From Selaginella moellendorffii (lineage: Eukaryota > Plantae > Lycopodiophyta): a DNA stretch of 64,000 nt. Under the pieces are notes generated by a model. That model did not search any database, was not told where the DNA came from, and was given only the letters and a program-made list of their open reading frames with translations. Below are positions 13,285 to 26,900 of this stretch, piece by piece (the first letter of the stretch is position 1; each line of letters opens with the position of its first letter). The position numbers and the translations under genes were made by a program. The DNA lies in assembly GCF_000143415.4 (NCBI RefSeq), contig NW_003314398.1:278005-342004 (forward strand), written 5' to 3'.

Positions 13285-16046
13285 GCATGAACGAGTGTTT
13301 GTTGGCCATGCAATATTCATTCTATTCTGTTGATTATTGCTCGAGTTAACTTTGATAGATTGAAATGTTATTACTTTTGGGTGATACATTCGCAAGCATT
13401 TTGCTTGCCAGTCAATGATACTTTGTGTTCTTTGAGTTATTTTTCGTAAGTTATTTAGCATACTGTCTGCCATCTTCAATAATTAAATTTTATCATTGAG
13501 TTTTTTGCTGATATGCTTGCTATTGAGTTTTGTTGGATGGTGATTCCTATGTTTACCAATTATGATGATCTTGGTGGTTGCTATACTATAATACTAGTTT
13601 ATCAGATGATAACTTACTTGGAATACTTTTGTGTTCTAATCTAAGCTTTACTCACTGATACTTCAGTCTCTTAGATATCATTGTCTTTGACTTTGATATT
13701 GTCCATCTATTGATCTTGCAACTTGGGCCAGTATAGGCAGACTGGCTTCAGCACTTCGTGTGCATGGTGAAATTTCTAGTCATAGGGTAGCTACTGTCGA
13801 CTGATCACATCACTTGCCTCTCTGTCAATGTTCCTCATTCCGTTAAAAGGGCGTGACCGTGTAAACAACTTGTAAGCAACCAAAGGGAACGACTCAAGAG
13901 ACGATCCATAAGGGTTCAAATATAGAGGGAAAAGGGCCCATGAATAAGAGTGCACCCCATTTTCCAATCGGTAAAGGGTCTTGGGATACTTGGGGTTAAG
14001 TGTCCTTGGGTTTGAATAGTACTAGGCTGGGTGACTTCCCGGGAAGTCCAAACTTAGGAGCTTACATTTGGTATCAGAGAGGTCTCGGGTCCGACTCTGT
14101 TGGTTGGCTTAGGGGAATCACACCACATGTTGATTGACATCTGGCTGGTCCAATTTGCTCCCGCTGGGCTCGACCCGAGGGGTAGGGTGTCAAGAGAGTT
14201 GGGGCTCTCGGGAGAGCTGCGGCTCTCAGCTTCCGTTCACGAGGGCGTGAACTTGCAGGGAAGCGTGGTGGATTGTAAGCAACCAAAGGGAACAACTCGA
14301 GAGACGATCCATAGGGGTTCAAATATAGAGGGAAAAGGGCCCATGAATAAAAGTGCACCCCCTTTTCCAATCGGTTAAGGGTCTTGGGATATTTGGGGTT
14401 AAGCGTCCTTGGGTTTAAATAGTACTGGGCTGGGTGACCTCCTGGGAAGTCCAAACTCAAGAGCTTAAACAACTCTAACTGCCTGTTTACAGTAGTCTAT
14501 CTAAACCTTACCAACGGGTTTGGTTTCTTTGTTTAGGAGGGTTGGGGCCTCTGGCTTCTCTCTCTATGTCCTTGTAACGTATCACACTTTTGTATGCTGG
14601 GTGACTCCCAAAGCAGCAAGGGTGGCTGACTCTGTTGGTCATTTCCTTGTCAGCGATAGCCGGAAGGTGTCTGAGTTGGTAGCGCATCTGCATTAGACAA
14701 AGAGGTTGGCTCATAACTCATTTAAGATGGTGCATTTCTCACATAGTGTGAGTACCGTGAACTTTTTCTGGAGTTGTTTCTTTGGCAGTATTTTAGACTC
14801 GAGTATGCATCGATGAGGACATCAATCTTCCCTAGGGGGAGAGTGTTGCGAATGTGATTTCGGGTATCGAAAGTTACCTGTTAGCCAATCCTTACGGACA
14901 CTCTTACCTTACTGCCACGATGGTAGGAGGTCGGTATTGTTAGGCTCGTTATCAGTCTCCGCCTAAGCTAGTCAAGAAACTAGTTTTCTCATGTGCACTT
15001 GATCAGATGAGCATAAGGAAGGAATTCCTAAGTGTTTATTTAGTCAAGCATACTTAACCTGGTTAGAGAAACTCATTCGTTGACTTGCATTTGCTAGTGT
15101 TGGGAACCCCCGCGATATTGAGCTTGGTCCCTCAATATTGCTAGATGATAGCTTACTGTGTTTGCCAAACACCCTTGCTATCATGCCTTTTGTGTTTGTC
15201 TTAATTCGGTCCCAAATGTTATTTATGGAAAATGTCCAGATTTGCTCATTTGGCATATCTATGGAATGTAGAGATTGTTCTAAATACAATGGTGTTCGTC
15301 TCGTGTCCAAATTCGCAATCTAGCACCATTCTATATTTAGTAAGTTTTGAGCTTGTCCTAGAGATTAACTACAGGGTAGGCTTGGGGTGAAAGCCCAAAG
15401 CGTGTGTTCCTCGGGGGGGGGGGGGGGAGCTGTTGGGGGTTCCAAATGTATAGTAGGGATAGTGGGTAGGTTGGATATGGCCAACCAACCTGAGGCATAG
15501 TCTAGCTCTCGCTTGCGTGTCTGTCTCTGTTCTGTGTCCGGCTTGGGTCTAAGCCCAAGTTCCATTCCATGCTAGCTAGTGGAGTACCCATGTCCCGCGT
15601 TAGGCTATCAGTATACCGAAATAGCACCAGACTCCGTTTAGCTCTATTTTTCGTGCTAGTCTTGGCATTGGGATGCTGGTTGCTCTAGGACTGTTCCAAG
15701 TCGCTCCGGGCTCCTGTTCCTTTGCTCCTTGGGCTGTATGCTCGGGAGTTGCTTCATGGACCGATTCCATCATTCCTTGGCTCTATGCTTGGGAGTTTGA
15801 CACCGTTCCTTCATTCAATGGCCTAAGGCCCTGAACCTCGGGTTCCGCACCACTATCCTATGGATATGTGGTATATGATATGTGGCATGTGTCACGTGGC
15901 ATAAAGAGGGTTTAGGTTCCGCTTCGTGGTGTTATCCTATGGTAAACCACCATAGGATAAAAGGTAAAAACCATGTGCGCTACAATGATATAGATAGAGC
16001 ATTGCCTTCTCAACATCATTTCTGATTGTGTAAACTTTTGGTATGC
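13285..16046 (+). repeat. Near-identical inverted copy of the 3' end of element A3 plus 62 bp of its unique flank; contains LTR 14844-15984
   Basis: Reverse complement of about 37722-35409 joined to 22386-22341. It includes the ATGAT TSD and the empty target site of the DNA transposon. The left boundary is approximate. Confidence 0.85.
13871..14469 (+). mobile_element. Full-length Cassandra-like TRIM with a 5S rRNA-derived domain in the LTRs
   Basis: 196-bp LTRs at 13871-14066 and 14274-14469; PBS TGGTATCAGA 14069-14078; TSD CAACT. The LTR segment GGTTAAGCGTCCTTGGGTTTAAATAGTACTGGGCTGGGTGACCTCCTGGGAAGTCC (14397-14452) matches the plant 5S rRNA A-box/IE/C-box region. Confidence 0.92.
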
Positions 16047-18150
16047 GCTATTTTTGTTAGTCTTGCAATATTCATTCTGTTCTATTGATCATTGCTTGAG
16101 TTAGTTCTAATAGATTGGAATGTTATTTCCTTTGGGTGATACATTCACGAGCATTGTGCTTGTCAGTCAATGATACTTTATGTTCTTTGAGTTATCTTTG
16201 GTAAGTTATTTAGCATACTGTTTGCCATCTTTGGTAGTTAAGTTTCATCATTGAGTTTCTTTGATGATATACTTGCTATTGAATTTTGTTGGATGGCGAT
16301 TCCTATACCTACCAATTATGATGATCTTGGTGGTTCCTATCCTATAATCTTGATTTATCGGATGATAACTTACTTGGAATACATTTATGTTCTAATATAG
16401 GGTGTATTCACTAATAATTAAGACTCTAAGATATCATTGTCTATGACTTTGATATTGTTCATCTATTAATCTTTGAATTTTGGGCCAGTATAGGTAGACT
16501 AGCTTCGGCACTTCGTGTGCATGGTGAAATCTTTAGTCATGGGGTAGCTACTATCGACTGGTCACATAACCCGCCTCTCTGTCGATGTTCCTTATTCCGT
16601 TAAAAGGGTGTGATTGTGTAAACAACTCTAATTGCCTATTTATAGTAGTCTATCTAAACCTTACCAACGGGTTTGGTTTCTTTGCTCATGAGGGTTGGGG
16701 CCTTTGGTTTCTCTCTCTATGTCCTTGTGAGTAGGGGCGTATCACACTTTTGTAAGCTGGGTGACACCCAGAGTAATAAAGGTGGCTGACTCCATTGGTC
16801 ATTTCCTTGTCAGCGACGGCTGGAAGGTGTCTGAGCTGGTAGCGCATCCACGTTAGACAAAGAGGTTGGCTCTTAACTCATTTAAGTTGGTGCAGTTCTC
16901 ATATAGTGTGAATACCGTGAACTTTTTTTGGAGTTATTTCTTTGGCGATATTCTAGACTCGAGTATGCATTGACGAGGATGTCGATCTTCCCTAAGGGGG
17001 GAGAGTGTCGCAAATGTGACTTCTGGTATCGAAAGTTATCTGTCGGCCAAACTTTACGGACACTCTTTCCTTACTGCCATGATGGCAGAAGGTTGGTATT
17101 GCTGGACCCTTTATTATTCCCTCTTGTTCAAGTATTAGTAAACTGGACTTTGCATCTGTACTTGGCCAGACGAGCATAAGGAAGGAATTCCTAAGTGTCT
17201 ATTTATCTAAGCATACTTGGTTTGGCTTTTTAGTTTTCTTTTGCTCTGTTTTGCACTGGCTTGACAAAAACCCTTGCATATTGGGACTAGTCCTTCAATA
17301 TCGTTGGATGATAGCTTACCGTGTTTGCCAAACACCCTCGCTATCATGCCTTTTGTGTTAGTCTCATTTCGGTCCCAAATGCTATTTATGGAAAGTGTCT
17401 AGATTTGCTCATTTAGCATATTTACGGAATGTAGAGATTGTTTTGAACACAATGGTATTCGTCCCATGTCCAAATTCGCAATCTAAGGACATTCCATATT
17501 TAGTAAGTTTCGAGCTTGTCCCAGAGACTAATTCCCGGTACTAAAGGTAGCTTAGGGTGAAAGCCCAAAGTGTGTGTTCCTCACAGGGGGGGGGGGGGGG
17601 GGGTTCCAAATGTATAGTAGGGATAGTGGGTAGGTCGGGCATGGCCGACCAACCTGAGGCATAATCTAGCTCCCATTTGCGTGTCTATCCTTGTTCTGCA
17701 TCCGGCTTGGGTCTAAGCCCAAACTCCACACCATGCTAGTTGGTGGAGTACCCATATCCTCACGTTATGCCACCGGTATGCTGAAATAGCGACAGACTCT
17801 GTTTGGCTCCGTTTTGTGTGCTGGTCCTGGCATTGGGATGCTGGTTACTCTAGGACTGTTTCAAGTCGCTCCGGGCTCCTGTCCCTTCGCTCCTTGGGCT
17901 TTATGCTCGGGAGTTGCTCCGTGGTTCGGTTCTGTCACTCCTTGGCTTCATGCTTGGGAGTTTGGCACCGTTCCTTCGTTCAGTGGCCCAAGGCCCTGAA
18001 CCTCAGGTTCCTATGGACACGTGGCATGGACACATGGCATGTGACATGTGGCATCTGTCACGTGGCACAAAGAGGGTTTAGGTTCCGCTTCGTGGTGTTA
18101 TCCTATGGTAAATCACCATAGGATAAAGGGTCAAAACCATGTGCGCTACA

Positions 18151-21100
18151 ATTTTGCATGCTGGTCATGGCAATGGGATGTTGGTTGCTCTAGGACTATT
18201 CCAAGTCGCTCCGGGCTCCTGTCCCTTCGCTCCTTGGGCTGTATGCTCGAGAATTGCTCTGTGGTCCAGTTCCATCACTCTTTGGATCCATGCTTGGGAG
18301 TTTAGCACCGTTCTTTCGTTCAGTGGCCCAAAGCCCTGAACCTCAGGTTCCACACCACTGTCCTATGGATACGTGGCATGTGATACATGGTATATAACAC
18401 GTGGCACATGGAGGGTTTAAGTTTTGCTTCGTGGTGTTATCCTATGGTAAATCACCATAAGATAAAGGGTAAAAACCACGTGCACTACCTGTTAGTACTT
18501 GTGCTATAGCCTTATCTATGAGGAAGTTGTGTACCAATATGAATCCATCTCATAGTTTTCACTTTAATTTCAATTAAATGGTTATTATGCATAGCTAACC
18601 TCTTCAAGGCATGCTTAAAGGTAGTGGCTAAATGTATTAGTGAGCTTATTGTGGTTGAGTTAGATTCGGAGGTCATTTAGTTTATGCTTGTCCATAAACC
18701 TTTATCTCGTACTTAGGATATTACGTTCATGTTGGACAAGTATATAACTCGATGACATGAGGTTAGTGTTCAGGTTTTGTGAAAGCAAGTTGAAGAGTGA
18801 TTGTTAGTTGCTTTGTGACTAGTGATTGCTTATAGACTTCATCAAGAACTATTGACACTTGCCTTGCTCGATGAAGATTTATCGGTGATGGGCTTGCTTT
18901 ACCAGATGGTGTTGCGGAAGATCGTGTCATTAGATTTACATGGTTTGTCCATGTTGGCATGTCAACTCTACCTCTATCAGTTGCATTTATTCGTAGTGTT
19001 GAATTGCATTGAGTCTTAGATGTGATGATTCACTTTTTGATGAAGTGTTATCTGTAATTGAGTTTTGCTGAAGGATTGGTCTCAGATACTAACTAAAGTA
19101 TCTTCAACTTTGGTTACTTTAATTGCTAAAGAGTTTTGGGTGGTGATTCACTCTTGCTTTCTTTTAGTTTTGTTATGGTGTTGATAAAATTGAAGTAATG
19201 CCTTGTTATTGACATTGTTGATATTGAGATTCAAGTGAAATGAGATATCTCTCATTATGATTGATATTGAGTTTCATTAGTCTTGATGGAGATAGTGTTA
19301 ATGATTTAATTGTAACTTTGTGTTATTGACATTCGTGCATTTGCTAGTTAGCAACTATGTTAGCATTCAAACAAGCTGAGTGGCAAGTTTGAGTTAGTTG
19401 TGTTCTAAATGAGATCATTTAGTAGAGGGTTGAGCTTTGGCTTTTCCTTGAAAAGTGATTCAATCATGGACTATACTAACTTTACGAGATGAAGAGTTAG
19501 TGATCGATATTGAAATGTTTGAATCCTTGTTAAATTTGAGTTGGAATATATTGATCATTAATGATTCTTCTTGTGCTTGTTATGAAGTGAGTTATGTCTT
19601 ACTATAGATAAATTCATAAAGGATCATTTATTGATCACTTGTTAAGCATAACTCTATTGTGCTTAGCTTTTGGATTGATGTAGATATGCTCTTCATTAGC
19701 TTTGCACTATGAAATTTGGCTTATTAGAAATTGTTGGGAAAAGCATTTTGGCGCATTAACTTCGTTGTTGAAGTTGGTTTTTGCATCTACCAATCATTGG
19801 TGATAATTGATTGTCATCTAAGATAATTGATTATTCTTGTCAAAGTTTTTGCTTGATTATTATTGATATATAATGAGTTGCCATTCTTCGGGATGGTGGA
19901 TTCCTTCTTCAATAATAATTATGCATCTCTCTATTAATGGGATGATTAATGATCTTTCATGATAGTTAGTTGTTCTCTTTGATGGCGTATGGCTTTTCGC
20001 AATACCATATGTTTTTTGTGGTTTGCTTTGGATTGATCTTTTGGGTTTGAGACATCAGTAAAATGTTGTTGACACTTGCTTAAGCAACTTGAGTTCCTTT
20101 GTATTGTTGACAAAAATCTATTTAGATTGGCTAGTGCGATAGTTGGCATGACTAAATGTTTATTAGTTTTGCAACATTCCTTCTGTTCTGTTGATTATTG
20201 TTACAATTAGTTTTGATAAATTGGATGTTATTTCCTTTGAGTAATATATTCGTGAGCATTTTGCTTGCTAGTCAATAATACTTTGTATTTTTGAATTATC
20301 TTTGGTAAGTTGTTTGGCATACTGTCTATAATTTTCTGTAGTTAAGTTTTCTCATTAAGTTTACTTAATGATATTCTTGCTATTGAATTTTGTTAGATGG
20401 TGAATTCTATGTTTTCCAATTATGATGATCTTGGTGGTTTCTATACTATAATACTAGTTTATCAGATGATAACTCACTTGGAATACTTTTGTGTTCTAAT
20501 ATAAGATTTAATCACTAATAATTAAGTCTCTAAGATATCATTGTCTACGACTTTGATATTGTCCATCTCTTGATCTTTGATTTTGGGCCAGTATAGGTAG
20601 ACTGGCTTTAGCACTTTGTTTGTATGGTGAAATCTCTAGTAAAGGGGTAGCTACTATCGACTAGTCAAATCACCCGCCTCTCTATCGATGTTCCTTATTC
20701 TGTTAATAGTGCATGACTCTGTAAACAACTCTAATTGCTTGTTTACAGTAGTCTATTTAGTTTGTTTTCTTTGCTCATAAGGGTCGAGGCCTCTGGCTTC
20801 TCTCTCTCTATCCCTACAAGCAAGGGTGTATCACACTTTTGTAAACTAGGTGACACCCAAAGCAGCAAGGGTGGCTAACTCTGTTGGTCATTTCCTTGTC
20901 GGCAACAGCCGGAAGGTGTCTGAGTTGGTAGCGCATCCACATTAGACAAAGAGGTTACCCTAACTCATTTAAGTTAGTGCATTTCTCACATAGTGTAATC
21001 ACCATGAACTTTTTCTAGAGTTGTTTCCTTGCCGGTGGCGTAAATTGGAGTATGCATCAACAAAGATGTCGATCTTCCTTAAGGGGGGGAGAGTGTCACA

Positions 21101-22220
21101 AATGTGACTTCGGATATTGAAAGTTATCTATCAGTCAGTCTTTAAGGACACTCTTTCCTTTCTGCCACGATGGCAAAAGGTCGGTATTGCTAGACCCTTT
21201 ATCAATCCCTCTTGTGCTAGTGGAGTTAACTAGGCATTTCGAGTGTACTTAGACCAAACGAGCATAAGGATGAAATTCTTATGTGCTATTAGCTAAGCAT
21301 ACTTAGCTCGGTAAGGAGTTCCCGTCTCGTTGTCTCTTGCACTGGCTAGTGACAAGAACCCTCGCATATTGAGATTAGTCCCTCATTATCATTGGATGAT
21401 AGCTGACCCTATTTGCCAAACACCCTCGCAATCATGCCTTTTGTGTTAGTCTCATTCCGGTCCCAAATACTATTTATGGAAAGTGTCTAGATTTACTTAT
21501 TTGACATATCTATGGAATGTAGAGATTGTTCTGAACACAATGGTGTTCATCCCGTGTCCAGATTTGCAATCTAGGAACATTCCATATTTAGTAAGTTTCT
21601 TGTCCTAGAGACTAACTCTTGGTACTAAGGGAGGCTTGGGGTGAAAGCCCAAACCATGTGTTCCTTGGGGGGGTTATAGAGAGTTCCAAATATATAATAG
21701 AGATAATGGGTAGGTTGAGCATGACTAACAAACATGAGGTATAGTCTAGCTCCCGCTTATGTGCTTGTCTTTGTTCTACGTCCGGCTTGTGTCTAAGCCC
21801 AAGTTCATTCCATACTAGCTGGTGGAGTACCCATATCCTTGCGTTAGGCCACCAATATGCTGAAATAGTGCCAAACTCTTTTTGGCTCTATTTTGCATGC
21901 TAGTCCTAGCATTCGAATGCTAGATGCTCTAGGACTGTTCTAAGTCACTCCGTACTCCTGTCCCTTCACTCCTTGGGCTGTATACTCAGAAGTTGCTCCA
22001 TGGTTTAGTTCCTCGCTCCTCGACTCCATGCTCGGGAGTTTGTTACCGTTCCTTCGTTTAGTGGCCCAAGGCCCTGAAACTCAAGTTCCACTCCACTGTC
22101 CTTTGGACACGTGGCATGTGATACGTGGTATGTGACATGTGGCATATGGAGGGTTTATGTTCCGCTTCTATGGTTATCCTATGGTAAATCACTATAAGAT
22201 AAAGGAGCACATACGCTACA
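18151..22220 (+). mobile_element. 5'-truncated family-A copy A2: partial LTR duplication 18151-18488, internal 3' half, 3' LTR 21094-22220
   Basis: Colinear with A1/A3 internal sequence; PPT AAGGGGGGGAGAG is followed by TGTCAC...GCTACA. Confidence 0.85.
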
Positions 22221-22386
22221 TCATGCTACTAGTCAACAACCACCTCTTGGGCTGCAATTTTCAAAAATGGTAATTCCCATTGCATGAACATCATATACCT
22301 CTACAATGTGCTAGAGCATTTTGCTAAGAAGCACTGGTTAGCATACCAAAAGTTTACACAATCAGAAATGATGTTGAGAAGGCAAT

Positions 22387-22410
22387 AAGCTCTATTTCGT
22401 TAAAGTGGGA
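22387..22410 (+). repeat. Left terminal inverted repeat (24 bp)
   Basis: Exact reverse complement of 35381-35404. Confidence 0.97.
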
Positions 22411-23046
22411 CTTATTCAGTAAAATGGGACTAAGTACAAATTTTCAAGTATTTGAAAATGACGTGAAATTATATGTTTTTTGTCCAGGGGCTAGACATAT
22501 CTGGGGCATGGTGACTAGCGCGGTGACTTTGTGTCCAGACTGAGTCCATTTGGTTGTATAATAAATCTCATTGTCTAGGTGAACAAGCCGAATCTGAAGC
22601 TAAAGAAGAGCGATGGCATGTGCGCACACACTATTTGTTTGTTCATTGAGCGTGTGGTGAGCTTTCCAAGATGAACGTCATTCCTATTAGCCAGACATAT
22701 AACTTAATGGTGAGAACATTTAGATATTATTCAATGTTATCTTTTTCTAACGAATCTAATTGTGAAGGTGTAGCAAAAGGCATTGCTAGTCTGGAGAAGT
22801 CATTTAACTCATTTGACCCTTAGTGTATTTTCATGAAACTAAATAACATTCATATTATTAAGGAATTTCTCTAGTACCTTTTTTTTACGACATAGAGGCT
22901 TGCATTTCTTTCAAAGGTGATTTAGTAAAAGGCCTGAGGGCACATGCCATTCTATTTCTCAGACCGGTATTAAGATATACTAGTGCAAAGGGAAAAAGGT
23001 ATTTGGTGATCAAGTAAATGGCATGAGGGCACACGCCATTATAAGC

Positions 23047-23304
23047 CTAAGCGCTAGTGGACACCTCCTTTTTGGTACTCTCAGCAGTACTATCATCCTT
23101 CTCCGGGTCAGTTGTTTTGCTTTGGATTGTTATCTCTGACGTTACTGGGGCGTTCTCGATAGTTGTTAATGTTGCCGTTTGTTCAGAAAAATGATCACCT
23201 GGAGTATAGTACGGGGAGTTTGAAAGACTTATATATTCTACATCTTCACCTATCTCCTTCTCCATCTCCTTTTCTGCCTCACTTACAGATTTTGTGCTTG
23301 CCAT
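23047..23304 (-). CDS. Small acidic Ser/Thr-rich ORF (85 aa) downstream of the transposase, function unknown
   Basis: MASTKSVSEAEKEMEKEIGEDVEY...; preceded by a TTTTAG acceptor. No recognisable domain. Confidence 0.35.
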   Translation of the reverse strand: MASTKSVSEAEKEMEKEIGEDVEYISLSNSPYYTPGDHFSEQTATLTTIENAPVTSEITIQSKTTDPEKDDSTAESTKKEVSTSA

Positions 23305-23944
23305 GAGAACGCTCTTCACCCTAAAATATGGAATTCGTTGTGTTATGAAAGGAAACCAACACACACGCTGCAAGGGAATGATGGTACATAAAGCACGTAA
23401 GCCCACAATATGGGTTTATGTGCCATTAATATGGGCCACATGCCATATTATTAGATTTATGCACGTGTGATTGGTAAATGCATATGTCACATCATCTTTG
23501 TTTTACCTCACACACTATATCAGGCCTAATGAACCATATCACATGTGCACACATACTATATATATGGAGAAGTATTATGCAAGGATAGAAAAATTCAATG
23601 CATGATTGTGGAGAGCAATGGCATGAAGCCACATGCTAAATAACATTTTAGAGAAAGAATTAAAATAGAAACATGCAAACAGTACTGAGTGGACCAAGAC
23701 TTAGAAGTGCACAATTGAATGAGGTATTTCTAATAAATATTTCACTCACCTCATATAGGAATGGCTACCACTCTCAAATGGCGTATCGCCTCATGCCATC
23801 ACCTCGCAATTTGTTATAACAATCCGATGAATTCATATTCGGCTTGTTCACCTTGAACTTTAAGTAAGATTTGCTAGAACAACTAAGAATTTATACTTGT
23901 TATTTGTATCATCTCACCTAGGAATGGCGTAAGGCCACATGCCA

Positions 23945-26900
23945 TCACGCCTCCTCTGATTCAGATTTGGATTGTTCACCTTGAAATAAAATACATTAGA
24001 AACTTAGTAAAGGAATATTAATGAATCTCACCTTGAACCCGGGTTATGAATGCTCTTGCTGCATCTCTTGCATGGTCTGGCAAGGTGATGGTGGCACTCT
24101 GCTTCCGCATCCAACCATGCACAACATTATCCACCGATATGCTCATGCTGGGATCCCTTGGATTCAGCACCCATCTCTTTTCTAGGCAATCCTTCGTATA
24201 TCCGGAACTTGGCTTGAACCACTCCACAGTTACATTGAAGGAGTTAGTTTCCGCGTCCTCCTCTGCATCAGTGATGCAGCGCCCCACCCATATCATTTGT
24301 TTTTTATTATTGGGTCTGACAAGCACGACCATTCCTTTGCAAACCTGTACTGGATTGAATGCTGAATCCGGCTTCTTGTTCCTTGGCCCACAATAGTGAT
24401 CCTCAACATCGTTATCTGTCACTGCATTTCCAGAGGACATTGTTCCGCTACTATCTGGTGCTCTGGGTTCTGGCCAAAAGGACTCTTCCAATTCTTCATA
24501 TACAACCGGCCCATTTTGGATAGCAGATATAATCTTCTCCCAGTATTCGAGCAAAGGCTTGCACCTCTGAAAATAGGATTCTCCACCAAACACCAACCCC
24601 CTCTTCCAGAAGGCAATATGCTATCTAATCCCGGCCACTATACTTTCCTGGTCTTTGAGTCCATCCGGGTGCATCGGCCGTGGGGAACCCTGAGGAATCA
24701 TAGGTTCCCCAGTTATGGGATCTCTCTTGAAGAGTTCAATGCCGTCCACTGGCAGCCACACTGTGTCCCATTCTCTCATCTTGTACCTCATCACTGGAGC
24801 ACCGTCACGCATGCTGAAATGAAACTAAAGAAGCTTGGAGTGGCCAATCAGCGTTTCGGATCCATCCCTGATGTAGCCTCTTACAAACTCTTAAAGTCTG
24901 GAACCTCTGTCAGAAGTGCAGCTTCAACAGTGCCTTTGATGCAATTTTGGAATTCATCGTAGAGTTGTGGGAGGGTGAGGACATTGGATCGCTGGAGGGA
25001 CTCTGCCAGGTGACTGAACATGGCATCGACGTCTTCATGAGTGTGCCCAACCATGAGAAAGCCAAGTGTAACCGTTTCAAATATGCCTTTGGTAATAAGC
25101 ATCGCCAAGTACGCGAAGATGTACATGTTTTTGTTCTCACTGCCAGCATTGTCTGTTTGGAGCAGAAGATGGGGTGGAAGGCCACATCGGCCGCAAGAAC
25201 TTCCTTGAGATTCTGCTTCGTTTGGATGAGGCTGTGCATTCACCGGGCGACCAGCCTCGTCGGAATGGCATGAGGCCTCACGTGATAACCCTACAATCTT
25301 ACGGCCAACATATTCACTGGGATGGCATGGGGCCCCATGCGATACTGCAAGCCTTTGCTCCTCCTCCAGCTAAACCCTGTATGGGGTTTGATCGACAAAG
25401 GCCTTATGCAAGGGTTGGCCGTTCAGCTCAGTCTGCGCACTTTGCAGAGACCTTAAGTGTTTTGCTAGGGACGCAATCATCATGTTTGCACCCCCGCCAC
25501 CCCATAGAGGTACAAAGAAGTTCCCATAGTTCTGGGCACCATGCCCATGAGCGATTATGCCAAACAGAGACACAGGTAGCTGCATGGATGAAGAGATTGC
25601 CTTGGGGGCAGGATTGAGTCGAGGTAAGCACGTCTTTTTCTGGTCCATTTTGTCGTGGATGATGCAGAGGTAAGAGTCAGGTCTCTCCATGGAGAGAATC
25701 CTGTTATGATAATATGCAGTCCTGCAGCTTCTCTACTCGATGTTGTGGTCGAGCCGCCTTCTAACCAACGTCTCTCGCTCTTGAGCGCTGCAAGAATTCT
25801 TCGACAAAGCCATTTTGATAGCAGTGCACTCGTCACACTTTGAAAAGCTGGAGTACTTTCCTATACTCACATCCCTGAACCTGTTGCTCTACAATCTACT
25901 AAATCTAGATTGGCTCAGCTTCCTGTAGCCATTACTCTGGAGTTCCCGATTCACATCTTCCAATATGGCCCCCTTGGTATACATGGAAGGGAGAACTCGT
26001 TGGGTATCTCGTGTTCCATCTTCCAAGAGGCGGGTTTTATGTGGTTGTTGCTCGCTACATGTCTCGACAAACCTTTTGAAGATTGCCTCTCCATATACAA
26101 CATGACCCCTGGTTTTGTGCGTACCGTCGTTCCCATGGACTGCCTGTTGAACCCTTTGTTCCTCGAACTCAGTTTTGATTCTGTAGAATGTGGTTCGAGG
26201 GACTCCATAAATGATTCTCCATGCCTTCATGCAGACCAAACCCCTCTGGAAGACCATGCCCCCCACCTGATGTTTTGAAGCATCAACAGATGACCGTAAT
26301 GCCTCATACACAAAATTGCGAGCTGCCTTCCAGGACAATGTCTTGTATCTTGCTCTCTCCTCTTCAATAGCATCCCAATCAGCATGTTGACAGCACCTCC
26401 TTTTGCAACAAGCAACTGTTGAGACCATTCGAACCTCCATCACCATTTTCTGCCTTTTCGGTTCGTTGCTCAGATCCCTTTGGCTGCGCTTTAGGAAGGT
26501 GTACTTTCTTTTCCCATGAAGAGATGTTCTGTCATCAGTTGTAGTGGTGTTAGATTGTGAATCCTTCACATTCTCAAACACTAAGTGCCTCAATTTCCAC
26601 CGCACAATGCTTCCAATAGTCAGACTGTTTTCTTCTGTGTCAACAACCTCTAAAATCGCAACTCCAATATCATCCCAGCCCAATTTTTGATTAGCAACCG
26701 CATCTCTTGGATCGACAACTGTGGCTAAGCCCTCAGCTACCACCTCCCCCTCGGGGTTGTTTAGAAACACCTTTGCCTGAATCCATGTAGCACGGTTCTT
26801 AAGATCCACGGAGGGAACATGCGTCGCACTTGCGTTGTCCCCAACATCTGCTTTCTTCTAAAGATTTTTCAAGGCAACAACAACATTTACCCCGACGACC

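Larger units (their letters stand above)
993..18150 (+). mobile_element. Family-A LTR retrotransposon copy A1 (decayed, non-coding, interrupted by nested insertions)
   Basis: Truncated 5' LTR ends GTGCTACA at 1272; tRNA-Met PBS TGGTATCAAA at 1275-1284; PPT AGGGGGGAGAG precedes the 3' LTR TGTCGC...GCTACA at 17006-18150. The internal region is colinear with the reverse complement of 36560-42922. Interrupted by 4410-12410 and by about 13285-16046. Confidence 0.8.

Noticed and set aside
14397-14452. 5S rRNA gene
   Set aside because: Only the internal promoter segment is present, and it is embedded in an LTR.
15044-15565. Recurrent short ORFs (MDTRRTPL..., MELGLRPKP...) also found at about 36 kb and 43.5 kb
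   Set aside because: They recur only because they lie in homologous LTRs; no domain evidence.
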